From: an uncultured Francisella sp.
GTDB lineage: Bacteria > Pseudomonadota > Gammaproteobacteria > Francisellales > Francisellaceae
DNA: 64,000 nucleotides
NCBI GenBank assembly: GCA_965240355.1
Contig: OZ251217.1
Location: forward strand, 650,264-714,263
Direction: 5' to 3'
Part shown: positions 41,592-51,147 of the stretch, piece after piece
How the letters are laid out: every line of letters begins with the position of its first letter
How positions within the stretch are numbered: the stretch's first letter is position 1
Translations under genes and position numbers: made by a program
Notes under the pieces: model-generated
The model's input: only the letters and a program-made list of their open reading frames with translations
Databases searched by the model: none
What the model was told of the DNA's origin: nothing

Positions 41592-42505
41592 CTTAGATTC
41601 AAGTACCAAGTGCGACAACCTTATTTCTAGATTCTACCTGAAGCGGAGTGTTGAATCCAAGACTTTTTTTATTTCTGTTGTTCAATAGGTTTTCAACTCT
41701 TCTAGTTTGGTCTTAAGTAATATTATCTAATCTCAGGTTTTTAGAGAAGAATTATCTAATTAACCCATTTGTATTTTCATTGGTGCCACGTTGACAAGAA
41801 GAGTATGTATCAGCAAAAAATATATCTATATTTAATACTTCTGATATTAGCATGTGTTTGGAAAACTCTTTACCATTATCAAAAGTGATTGAGTGAGTAG
41901 GTGACGCATTCAGTGTTTGTATTCAACTGTTTGCTAAGTTTTCAGCATTCTTACTAGCCAAAGGTTTAATTTTAGTTAGTTTAGATACTCTATCAACTAG
42001 TGTTAATAAGTCACCCTTGTGACCTTTACCAATAATAGTGTATCCCTCAAAATCTCAAAGTCTCTCTCATGTATTGAAACTATATTTTGTATTTGGCCTC
42101 TATGCTCTTGACTAGCCTTACCTCTTTTACGATAAGTTTTCTGACAACGCAAATAAGTGTGTAAGTCAACGCCTCTTTCTTTATTCCCATAGATATACTT
42201 ATAGATGCTTTCAGCACTTATGACATCTAACCCACCCATTAGATGTTAAACCGCCACTTATTCGCTCTGGATACCAATACTGTTTGATAAGATGTTCTAC
42301 ATAGCTCCAACCAAATTGCATAATTTGTTTGTTGCCTTTACGTTTTCTTGAGTTTGCAAGTGATTGTGCTTGTTTAGGGCTATAACCTCGTTTGCCGGTG
42401 TTACGGTTTATCTCTTTGTATATGCTACTTTGGTTACAACCAACTTCCATGGCTATTTGTGTTTTAGAAACAATTATTTTGTCGCACTTACAACTTGAAT
42501 CTAAG
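41592..42505 (-). mobile_element. IS30-family insertion sequence, copy C, transposase degraded and internally deleted
   Basis: IR tips lie at 41592 (CTTAGATTCAAGTACCAAGTGCGAC) and 42505 (…GTCGCACTTACAACTTGAATCTAAG). It shares the frameshift and the roughly 24-bp deletion with copy B. An extra deletion near the left end removes the region between the HTH start and the IR. It is flanked by TT on both sides. Confidence 0.85.
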
Positions 42506-42724
42506 TTTTTTTATATAAGAGAATTAATTGATAGATTTTATATTTAAACTCTTAATAATATAATCTTGACCCACAAACTGAACACCAAAATTGTTGTATA
42601 ATGCCTTTATAACCTATGTATAGGATATCTAAACTAGAATACCTGGCAAACATTAACAAATGTTAAACATCAAGCTTTCAAAGTAATGTTCAGATAATGA
42701 TATTAGCAATAATTCAACATTAAA

Positions 42725-43538
42725 ATGAAGGAATTTAGTATCTCTGGAATATTCTTGATTGTAGGTAGATCAAGCACTTTTGTACAAGTTCTACTACCTC
42801 ATCTAAAACAGGAGTACCATTTAAATTATTTCCAAATAGGTTTTTTGATACCGCTTTCTTTATAGGTTATGAATTGTTTAGTCTTGGATTTGCAATAATT
42901 GCTAAGAAAATTAGTCCTCTAGAAATGGTTAAAGCTGAACTATCTCTAATATTGATTGAGTATATAACTTGGTTAATTTGTGTCCTTACAACCCCTGATA
43001 GCTTTTATTATCTATTGTTTAGTCAGTTTTTTATCTATAGGCGTTGTAGCCATATTCACTTACGGCGAATATTTAGCACTTTTTGACAATAACACATACT
43101 CAGTTAAGAGGTTATCTTAGTATATACTGGTTGCTTATATTTTTTGGTAGATTAGTCGGTGTCAAGTACTTAAAAAACTCAAAGCAAGTATTTGCCATAG
43201 TAAGCGTTTGTTTTATAGTTATAGTAATGCTTATAACGGGAGTATTTGTTAACAATTTAACTATTTTAATGCTGGTTTTATGCGGCCTTACAAACTCTAT
43301 TCTTTTTCCAGTAATTTTTAGCTTAGGGTTTTATTTCAACACTTATAAAAGTATCGAACTTTTAGGACTTATATTAACCACAATATGTGGTGTAGCGTTT
43401 GTGCCTTTGATTACTGGAAGTATTGTTGATGCTACAAAAATATACTCTAGTATTGTTGTTTGTGCTGTTTGTTATGGTTTGCTGATAGTCTCTTGTCTAT
43501 ACTTAAACTGCCAAAATAAACAATTGAAAAATAGATAG
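42725..43538 (+). pseudogene. FHS-type MFS sugar transporter (FucP/GluP-like) pseudogene
   Basis: Reads MKEFSISGIFLIVGRSSTFVQVLLPHLKQEYHLNYFQIGFLIPLSL*, with further fragments (42874-43086) and a C-terminal half in ORF 43083-43538. The total coding capacity is much shorter than an intact FHS transporter. Confidence 0.6.
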
Positions 43539-43567
43539 TAATAAAAAGTTTCACCGCTGCTATAAGA

Positions 43568-43593
43568 AAAGGTGCGACTAAAGTCACAATTCC
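43568..43593. repeat. Short hairpin motif AAAGGTGCGACTAAAGTCACA(A/C)TTCC, copy 1
   Basis: 24 of 25 nt match copy 2 at 62354-62379. Lies in the intergenic spacer upstream of dnaX. Confidence 0.8.
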
Positions 43594-43667
43594 GAGAATA
43601 TTCCACTTATCCTTTTCTAACAATTCTGCTATCATTTACACAAGCTTTTTAAACAATCAATTTTCAA

Positions 43668-45353
43668 ATGTCATATCAAGCACTAGCTCGTAAATACAGA
43701 CCAACATCCTTTGCTGAAGTAGCAGGTCAACAACACGCTTTAAACAGCATTGTCCATGCTCTTGAGACAGATAAAGTCCATCATGCTTACCTTTTCACAG
43801 GTACTCGAGGAGTTGGTAAAACTACTCTTGGTAGACTATTTGCTAAATGCCTAAATTGTAAAACTGGTGTAACAGCCCATCCATGTAACACATGTGAAAA
43901 CTGCGTAGCTATCAACAACAATAGTTTTATAGATTTGATAGAAATAGATGCTGCATCGCGTACAGGTGTCGAAGATACTAAAGAGATTCTTGATAATATC
44001 CAATACATGCCATCACAAGGCAGATATAAGGTTTACCTAATAGATGAAGTGCACATGCTTTCTAAGCAAAGTTTTAATGCCTTGCTAAAAACTCTTGAAG
44101 AGCCACCTGAATATGTGAAATTCATCCTTGCAACTACAGATTATCATAAGATTCCTGTAACTATCCTTTCAAGATGTATACAGCTTCATCTAAAGCACAT
44201 CTCTCAAGTGAATATAAAAGCTCAACTAAAAGAAGTACTTAAAAAAGAAAATATAGTCTTTGATGAGCAATCTCTTAACTATATAGCATGTCACGCAAAG
44301 GGAAGTCTTCGTGATGCTTTGAGCCTTATGGATCAAGCTATAAGTTTTTGTAGTGGTGAGCTAAAGCAATCTCAGATCAAGCAAATGCTTGGAGTGATAG
44401 ATAGTGAAGAAGTTTATGATATCATCAATGCTGTTATTGATGATAATCCCAGTGCTATATTACCTGCGATTAGAAACCTTTCTCTGAGTGAGCATAATTC
44501 TGAAGCTGTTCTTGATAGAATTGCAGAAATTTGGTTTAGCTGTTGTGTATATAGTTTTACCCAGAGCCTTGAAGCTATTAATGATATTGATGTAGATATT
44601 ATTAACAACATCTTGGCAAAGGTTTCTGTAGAGCAAGCTCATTTTCTGTATCAACTAACAATCTCTGCAAAAAAAGATATTGCCTTAGCACCCAATTTTG
44701 AAACTGGTGTAACTATGGCAATACTTCGCTTAATTGCCTTTCAAAAAAAAAACTTACATAATCCTTCTATACAACAATCAAATGCAAACTCTACAAACCT
44801 TTCTATAACTACTAGAGCTGATATTTATCGACTAAAAAAAGAGTTTCAACCAATAAAAGAAAAAACACAAGCTCAAAAGCCAAAATTAGTAGAGACAACG
44901 CCGATACCTCAAAGCAAAGCTGAACCGCAACCGCAACCGCAACCGCAACCGCAGAGCGATGATATACCCTTAGATACAAAATGGTTCAATCTTTTAAGTA
45001 AAATAAAGCTAAAAGGCTTCACAAAAACTCTAGCTTTTAACAGCCACCTCATTACTATTGCTGATAATCATTATGCAATACAACTAAATGATGATGCAAA
45101 AAAAGTCCTAGAACTTGACTCTCAAAGTATTGCCAAGCTTCAAGCAGGTATTGGTGAGTATCTTGATAACACTAGGTTCCGACTCGATATAAAAAATCTT
45201 CTTAACAGCAACACAACAAGCAATCAAAAATCTCCTGCTGAGATTAAACGAGCAAATGCTGTGCAGAAAATACAAAGTGATGCAAATGTGCAACTTATAA
45301 AAGAATATCTTAAGATGGTTATAAAAGATGAAAATATTGTTTTAACTGATTGA
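43668..45353 (+). CDS. dnaX: DNA polymerase III subunits tau/gamma
   Basis: Contains MSYQALARKYRP, Walker A GTRGVGKTT, a Zn module CNTCENC, and DEVHML. 561 aa. Ends with a TGA stop. Confidence 0.95.
   Translation: MSYQALARKYRPTSFAEVAGQQHALNSIVHALETDKVHHAYLFTGTRGVGKTTLGRLFAKCLNCKTGVTAHPCNTCENCVAINNNSFIDLIEIDAASRTGVEDTKEILDNIQYMPSQGRYKVYLIDEVHMLSKQSFNALLKTLEEPPEYVKFILATTDYHKIPVTILSRCIQLHLKHISQVNIKAQLKEVLKKENIVFDEQSLNYIACHAKGSLRDALSLMDQAISFCSGELKQSQIKQMLGVIDSEEVYDIINAVIDDNPSAILPAIRNLSLSEHNSEAVLDRIAEIWFSCCVYSFTQSLEAINDIDVDIINNILAKVSVEQAHFLYQLTISAKKDIALAPNFETGVTMAILRLIAFQKKNLHNPSIQQSNANSTNLSITTRADIYRLKKEFQPIKEKTQAQKPKLVETTPIPQSKAEPQPQPQPQPQSDDIPLDTKWFNLLSKIKLKGFTKTLAFNSHLITIADNHYAIQLNDDAKKVLELDSQSIAKLQAGIGEYLDNTRFRLDIKNLLNSNTTSNQKSPAEIKRANAVQKIQSDANVQLIKEYLKMVIKDENIVLTD
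44925..44954 (+). repeat. Hexanucleotide tandem repeat (CCGCAA x4 + CCGCAG) encoding (PQ)5 inside dnaX
   Basis: Direct reading gives gaa ccgcaa ccgcaa ccgcaa ccgcaa ccgcag agc. The protein reads AEPQPQPQPQPQSD. Confidence 0.95.
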
Positions 45354-45406
45354 TATTAATGAATAGAATATCCTCTAAGGAACGCATAATTTAGGCTTCG
45401 CCATAA

Positions 45407-45426
45407 AAGGTACGACTAAATGCGAT
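45407..45426. repeat. Degenerate third copy of the hairpin motif (AAAGGTACGACTAAATGCGA)
   Basis: Shares AAAGGT-CGACTAAA with copies at 43568 and 62354. Lies in the convergent dnaX/lpxC spacer. Confidence 0.5.
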
Positions 45427-45429
45427 TAC

Positions 45430-46287
45430 TTAAACACTCTCCCAAGCACTTTCATCAGCAAATATAGCATGTAAAAGCTTATTGTTAAGCGTATGCCCAG
45501 ATTTATAGCAATTAAAATGTCCTAAAATATATCCACCGACATAAAAATCTCCTATGGCATCTAAAAGTTTATGCCTAACGAACTCATCTTCATAACGAAG
45601 GCCACCCTCATTTAATACACCTTCATTTGAAATACCTACAGCATTATCTAATGAAGCCCCCTTTGCAAGGTTATTTGCATGCAGATATTCTAGCTGCTCA
45701 TAAAAACCAAATGTACGAGCCTTTGACACCATTTTAATATACTCAGCAAGATCATACTCAAAAACAATATGAACATTTGTTGCAGCAATTACAGGGTGAT
45801 CCCACTCTATTTTGAACTCATACTTTAGAGAATCTGACGGAAGTAATTCTGCAAACTTCCCTGCATGCTCAACACGCACTGGCTTAAGTATTTTAATACC
45901 TTTTCTTGGGGAGCCTTGATCAACAACTCCAACCTTTGTTAATATCTGCGTAAACTCATAAGAGCTACCATCCATTACAGGAAGCTCTGGAGCAGTTACC
46001 TCAACTAAGACATTATCAACCTCAAACATCGCAAATGCTGACATTAGATGTTCAATCGTAGATACTGACAATTTTTGATCACCATCTTTAGTCAGAAGTG
46101 TACACATTACAGCCTCTTGAATACTTGATGGAGTAACTTTTATATCAACAGCAGGAGTTAAATCTGCTCTACGAAATACTATGCCAGTATTCAAATCTGC
46201 AGGCTTAACTGTCATAGAAACATCTATACCACAATGCAGACCAATGCCTGTTACAGAAAATTCTTTTGCTATAGTTTTTTGATTCAT
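45430..46287 (-). CDS. lpxC: UDP-3-O-acyl-N-acetylglucosamine deacetylase
   Basis: 285 aa with MNQKTIAKEFSVTGIGLHCG and …HKLLDAIGDFYVGGY…, in the conserved position after ftsZ. Confidence 0.93.
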   Translation of the reverse strand: MNQKTIAKEFSVTGIGLHCGIDVSMTVKPADLNTGIVFRRADLTPAVDIKVTPSSIQEAVMCTLLTKDGDQKLSVSTIEHLMSAFAMFEVDNVLVEVTAPELPVMDGSSYEFTQILTKVGVVDQGSPRKGIKILKPVRVEHAGKFAELLPSDSLKYEFKIEWDHPVIAATNVHIVFEYDLAEYIKMVSKARTFGFYEQLEYLHANNLAKGASLDNAVGISNEGVLNEGGLRYEDEFVRHKLLDAIGDFYVGGYILGHFNCYKSGHTLNNKLLHAIFADESAWESV

Positions 46288-46450
46288 AACACTTTTACCT
46301 ATATGTTTTTAGGTTAGAAATATCATTACAACACTACTCTCTTAGAGAATAGGGATGATTTACTTAAGAGTTATTATATAGAGGTTGCAAAAAAATTTAT
46401 ATTAGAATAATAGAGATTGTTGATTGAATCACTTCTCTAATACAAATATT

Positions 46451-46524
46451 GTCATGCTAAATTTATTTCAGTACTCACGAGAAGTATTAATTTAATTGAG
46501 ATCCTGAAACAAGTTCAGGATGAC
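46451..46524. repeat. Pair of inverted ~26-nt palindromic units (MITE/REP-like) in the ftsZ-lpxC spacer
   Basis: Unit 1 is GTCATGCTAAATTTATTTCAGTACTC (46451-46476). The reverse complement of unit 2 (46498-46524) is GTCATCCTGAACTTGTTTCAGGATCTC. Unit 2 contains a perfect 8-bp stem, atcctgaa/ttcaggat. Confidence 0.7.
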
Positions 46525-46560
46525 TAATTGCCTTCGGAGAAAATATTTTTTATATTGACA

Positions 46561-47694
46561 CTATCTTCTTCTCAAGAAACTTGGGATATCAGATTGATTA
46601 GCTTCATCAGAATTTAAAGATGAGTTTGAACTACTAACTACTTCAGTTTCTTTTCTTAAGAAAGATGTAGTAGGATTGTTGCTTTCTCTTTGAGAGTTAT
46701 GATTAGCACCTTTTTCGATACCAAAACTTTTCTTAGTAACAACTTTTTCGAGACCTGTAACAACTATAGTTACTTTCATAGAGTCAGACACATCGGTATC
46801 GATTACAGTACCTGCAATAACAATAGCATCATCAGAAATAAATGATCTAATAACTTCACCAATTTCTTCAAACTCACCAATAGACATATCAATACCAGCT
46901 GTAACATTTACAATTACGCCTTTAGCTCCATCTAAGTTTATATCTGCAAGTAATGGACTAGAAATAGCAGCTTCAGCAGCTTCACGAGCTCTGTTTTCAC
47001 CAGTAGATTCACCCATACCCATCATAGCAATGCCCATATTAGTCATCACAGCTCTTACATCCGCGAAATCGACGTTAATAAGACCAGGCTTTGTAATAAG
47101 CTCAGATACGCCTTTCACAGCATTACCAAGTACATCGTTTGTAGCATTAAACGCATCTAAAAGAGATGCACTTTTACCAAGTACACTTAAAAGCTTTTCA
47201 TTTGGAACTGTAATTATTGAGTCAACATGTTGAGTTAGTTCATCAATACCAAACTCAGCAGCCTTCATTCTTCTACTACCTTCAAAAGGGAAAGGCTTTG
47301 TAACAACAGCTACCGTTAATACACCCATTTCTTTTGCAACTTCCGCTACAACAGGAGCACCACCTGTACCTGTACCACCACCCATACCAGCAGTGATAAA
47401 TACCATATCAGCACCTTCTAAAAGTTGCTCGATTTTTGCTCTATCTTCAGTTGCTGCTCTTTTACCAATTTCAGGATCCGCGCCAGCTCCTAGACCCTTT
47501 GTAAGGTTAGTCCCTATTTGAAGTACATTTTGTACTTTAGATTTTGACAGAGCTTGACCATCTGTGTTTAATGCAAAAAAATCCACATCTGTAACTTCTT
47601 CACACATGTGCTGTACGGCATTACCACCACCACCACCAACACCGATAACTTTGATTACAGCATTTGAAACCATAGAATCATTAAAATCAAACAT
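46561..47694 (-). CDS. ftsZ: Cell division protein FtsZ
   Basis: Contains the GGGTGTG tubulin signature and [12 protein letters not shown]. 377 aa. Confidence 0.98.
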   Translation of the reverse strand: MFDFNDSMVSNAVIKVIGVGGGGGNAVQHMCEEVTDVDFFALNTDGQALSKSKVQNVLQIGTNLTKGLGAGADPEIGKRAATEDRAKIEQLLEGADMVFITAGMGGGTGTGGAPVVAEVAKEMGVLTVAVVTKPFPFEGSRRMKAAEFGIDELTQHVDSIITVPNEKLLSVLGKSASLLDAFNATNDVLGNAVKGVSELITKPGLINVDFADVRAVMTNMGIAMMGMGESTGENRAREAAEAAISSPLLADINLDGAKGVIVNVTAGIDMSIGEFEEIGEVIRSFISDDAIVIAGTVIDTDVSDSMKVTIVVTGLEKVVTKKSFGIEKGANHNSQRESNNPTTSFLRKETEVVSSSNSSLNSDEANQSDIPSFLRRR

Positions 47695-47739
47695 ACTTTA
47701 TTTACTCCTTTAATTTAACTTACTTTTAAATACTCATTA

Positions 47740-48999
47740 TTAAAAATTTTTCGAAAACCATCCTTTTACAGAAGACAACACTTTCTTTTTAGAATTACTA
47801 TCAAGATCCACCACATCTGCCTCTAGCTGTGACGGCTCTGTTGACCCACTATGATCATGCTCTACAGCATACTTTAAAAGTCCAACTACAGTTGCATAAG
47901 CAGGGTTATGCATTACCTCATTAGCTCCAGAAACTTCTATAGGTCCACCCACTCTTACAGGAAGTTTAAACATATCTTCAGCAAGTCGCGCTAACCCTCT
48001 GATTTTTGCACTACCACCAGTAAATACTAATCCTGAAGATACTACATCTAACAAACCGTTTTGATCTAGCTCGCTATAAAGAGCTTCAAACATCTCTTCT
48101 ACTCTAGCTTCAATTACTAGAGACAAATCTTGAAGTGAAATTCTTTTTTTAGCATTACCTAAAGAATTTGGAATATCTATTTTTTCATCTGGGTTTTTCA
48201 AATGTTTACTTTCAGCATAACCATACTGCAACTTTAAGCTTTCAGCTGCTTCTACTGGCAATCTAAATACTTTAGATATATCAAAAGATATGTTGTTACC
48301 ACCAATAGCTAGTGTAGAAGTATAGCAAATATTCCCATCAGCAAAAACTGAAAAACTTGTAGAGTCTGCACCAATATTTACAATGCAAACACCCATTTCT
48401 TTTTCATTGTTAGTAAGAGTCGCGCTACTAGAAGCTAGCTGCTCAACTACTGTATTATTTATCTTATAACCACAACTTGAAACGCATTTTCTTACATTTT
48501 GTAACAAACGCGATGATGAAACTACGATATGAACATTTGATTCAAGTCTTACAGCAAACATCCCTATAGGCTCTGTTACACCTGTCTGATTATCTACCAC
48601 ATAGTCTCTTTGTAATACATGCAAAGTTTCAGTGTCTGCTGACATTGGCACTGCTTTTGCAGTTTTGATCGCCATAGCAAGATCTTCCATTGTTACCTCG
48701 CCATTCTCTACAGCCGCCAACCCATAAGAGTTAAAACTAGATATACTCGGAGCACTTATACCAAGTGTAATCTCTTTTATATCAACGCCAGCTATACTCT
48801 TAGCCTCATCAATAGCAATATTAAGAGTTTCCATTGCCATTTCAAGGTTTATAACAGACCCCTGCTTAATCCCTTTAGATTGCTTTTGGCTAACACCAAG
48901 AATTTTAGTTCCGTTGTTTTCTGCTAACTGACCTATAGCCACAGTAACTTTATGTGAACCTAAATCTACTGCGCAAAAATTTCTACTTCCAAAACTCAT
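47740..48999 (-). CDS. ftsA: Cell division protein FtsA
   Basis: Actin-like ATPase (AVDLGSHKVTVAIG, FTGGSAKIRGL) between ftsQ and ftsZ. Confidence 0.95.
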   Translation of the reverse strand: MSFGSRNFCAVDLGSHKVTVAIGQLAENNGTKILGVSQKQSKGIKQGSVINLEMAMETLNIAIDEAKSIAGVDIKEITLGISAPSISSFNSYGLAAVENGEVTMEDLAMAIKTAKAVPMSADTETLHVLQRDYVVDNQTGVTEPIGMFAVRLESNVHIVVSSSRLLQNVRKCVSSCGYKINNTVVEQLASSSATLTNNEKEMGVCIVNIGADSTSFSVFADGNICYTSTLAIGGNNISFDISKVFRLPVEAAESLKLQYGYAESKHLKNPDEKIDIPNSLGNAKKRISLQDLSLVIEARVEEMFEALYSELDQNGLLDVVSSGLVFTGGSAKIRGLARLAEDMFKLPVRVGGPIEVSGANEVMHNPAYATVVGLLKYAVEHDHSGSTEPSQLEADVVDLDSNSKKKVLSSVKGWFSKNF

Positions 49000-49103
49000 T
49001 ATTTTTTAACCCTATTTTAATATAGATATTTATAATATACACATCTACAATACATTATAGTCACATTTATCATAGAAAACCAATAAAATAAATACTTTTC
49101 TAT

Positions 49104-49787
49104 TTATTTGTATTTTATAGTAAAGCCATCACTATAACGCATATCAAAAGACTCTACAGATTTATAATCTTTCACTTTTTTATATGATTTCAAAAACAAT
49201 TTTAAACGAGATTTTAACTTAATTGAGCCAAGCATAACTTGCATGTCATTTGACAACAAAAGTTTGAACTGATTACCTTTATATGTAACTTTAAGTATAG
49301 ACAACGAATCCTTCTCAGAAATATCATTAAGGTCCTGATATGTTTCGAAAATATAATCTCTACCTTCAGTATCCGTACTTTCTATATGTGGTAAATTCCC
49401 ATTAAAACTAAATACTTCTGGTGTAATTATGTCCATATTTTCAAGCAAAATCTGACTATTATTCCAATAAGCTATAGGCTTACGATCAAATAGATAAATA
49501 ACCAAAGTGGATGGCCACACCTTTTTCACTAGAGTATAATCAACACCCTTTATAGAATACAAAGAGTTCTCAATACTTTCGACATCTACATAAAACCACT
49601 TTTTATCACTTACTTTTGAAATGTTATCGATCAAACCTTGTTTGGATATATAAACCAAACCATCATTTGAAACAACATCTACTTTTGAGATTGTCTTATC
49701 GGTTTTACTAACCACATAAATTACTGAAGCGAGAATTATAGAAAAGATTAAACCTAGTATCAAAAGCTTTCTAAAAAACCTAATCAT
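49104..49787 (-). CDS. ftsQ: Cell division protein FtsQ
   Basis: Single N-terminal TM followed by a POTRA-like region. It holds the conserved position between ddl and ftsA and overlaps the ddl stop by 4 nt. Confidence 0.8.
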   Translation of the reverse strand: MIRFFRKLLILGLIFSIILASVIYVVSKTDKTISKVDVVSNDGLVYISKQGLIDNISKVSDKKWFYVDVESIENSLYSIKGVDYTLVKKVWPSTLVIYLFDRKPIAYWNNSQILLENMDIITPEVFSFNGNLPHIESTDTEGRDYIFETYQDLNDISEKDSLSILKVTYKGNQFKLLLSNDMQVMLGSIKLKSRLKLFLKSYKKVKDYKSVESFDMRYSDGFTIKYK

Positions 49788-50671
49788 CGTGCCTGTTCTA
49801 TTATTGACTGAACAAACTCATCAAAACTTACACCTTCTGCCATAGCTAATTTTGGAGATAAACTATTTTCTGTCATCCCAGGAGATGTATTTATTTCCAT
49901 CAAGTAGAATTCACCCTCATTATAGATAAAATCAACTCTAGCATGACCTTGACACCCTAGAATATCATAAGCCTTTTTTGCAAGCTGTCTAACTTCAAGC
50001 TCTTTTTCTTCACATAACCCGCTTGGACAGTGGTAAGTCGATTTACCACTATATTTTGATTCATAATCATAAAACTCATTGAACGGCTCAATCCATATAG
50101 ATGAGTAAACTTTATTATTAACTATTGCTACAGAAATTTCTTTTCCAGTAAGCCATTGTTCAACCATTACCTCACCATACTTTGAAGCTTCTTCATAAGC
50201 AGGCTTTAATTCTTCTAGCGATTTTACTTTAAAAGTTGCTATACTTGAACCACCACTAGCTGGCTTAACAGCTACAGGGAAACTAATCTCATCTGCACCA
50301 ATAAGTTTATCTGTCAAAATCTTAGCAAAGGGTGTTGGCAAATTATTATGAATCCATAACTCTTTAGATATCATCTTATCCATAGTAATCACTCCTGCTT
50401 TCATATCGCAAGTAGTATGTTTAATTCCTAAAAGCCCAAGTATTGCAGCAACTCTACCATTCTCACCATCTTCGCCATGTAAAGCAACAAAGCATTTATC
50501 AGGGACTATCTCAATAAGTTTTAAGACCAAATCCTTACCACTAGCATCCAAACCCACAGCTTCATAACCTTGTGACTGCAGAGATTGAACAACACTTTGA
50601 CCAGATTTTAGTGAGACTTCTCTTTCAGGTGAATCTCCACCATATAAAACTACGATTTTATCTTTTGCCAT
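49784..50671 (-). CDS. ddl: D-alanine--D-alanine ligase
   Basis: MAKDKIVVLYGGDSPEREVSLKSG, ATP-grasp fold, and …MEINTSPGMT…. The start is taken at MAKDK (50671) rather than the track start (50680). Confidence 0.93.
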   Translation of the reverse strand: MAKDKIVVLYGGDSPEREVSLKSGQSVVQSLQSQGYEAVGLDASGKDLVLKLIEIVPDKCFVALHGEDGENGRVAAILGLLGIKHTTCDMKAGVITMDKMISKELWIHNNLPTPFAKILTDKLIGADEISFPVAVKPASGGSSIATFKVKSLEELKPAYEEASKYGEVMVEQWLTGKEISVAIVNNKVYSSIWIEPFNEFYDYESKYSGKSTYHCPSGLCEEKELEVRQLAKKAYDILGCQGHARVDFIYNEGEFYLMEINTSPGMTENSLSPKLAMAEGVSFDEFVQSIIEQAR

Positions 50672-50676
50672 ATCAA

Positions 50677-51147
50677 TCACTTTCTTCTCTCTTTAAAAAA
50701 TTTCTTTAATAGCTCACCACACTTGTCTGCCATTATACCATTTGTAAGTTTAGGATTATGGTTAATATTTTTATTTAAATGATAATTTTCTTTTGAAAAA
50801 ACTCCTACTCGTGAATCATCACAAGCATACATAACTTCTGGAATGCGAGCTTGGACAATAGCCCCTAGACACATCATACATGGCTCCATTGTCACATATA
50901 ATTGCCCATCTATTAAACGATTATTTTTGATTTGCTGTGCGGCTTCTTTGATTACAAGCACTTCAGCATGAGCTGTTGGGTCTGACAAAGTTAAGGTTTG
51001 ATTATAAGCTTGTGCAATTATAAGATCATCTTTAACAAGGATAGCTCCAATAGGCACTTCCCCATTTTCATAAGCTAACAATGCCTGCTCATAAGCTTTT
51101 TGCATAAAAAACTCACTGCTTGACAATTTATTTGTCATAAAAATCAA
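50677..51147 (-). CDS. tadA: tRNA-specific adenosine deaminase
   Basis: CMP/dCMP-deaminase zinc motifs TAHAEV and EPCMMCLGAI. 150-156 aa depending on which of the N-terminal Mets is used. Confidence 0.85.
   Translation of the reverse strand: MIFMTNKLSSSEFFMQKAYEQALLAYENGEVPIGAILVKDDLIIAQAYNQTLTLSDPTAHAEVLVIKEAAQQIKNNRLIDGQLYVTMEPCMMCLGAIVQARIPEVMYACDDSRVGVFSKENYHLNKNINHNPKLTNGIMADKCGELLKKFFKERRK

Noticed and set aside
43447-43635. 62-aa minus-strand ORF (MIAELLEKDKWNILGIVTLVAPFLIAAV…) between the MFS pseudogene and dnaX.
   Set aside because: It overlaps the pseudogene tail and its central part is simply the translated hairpin motif (…VTLVAP…). The same peptide arises at the second motif copy in an unrelated context. 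There is no convincing start context.
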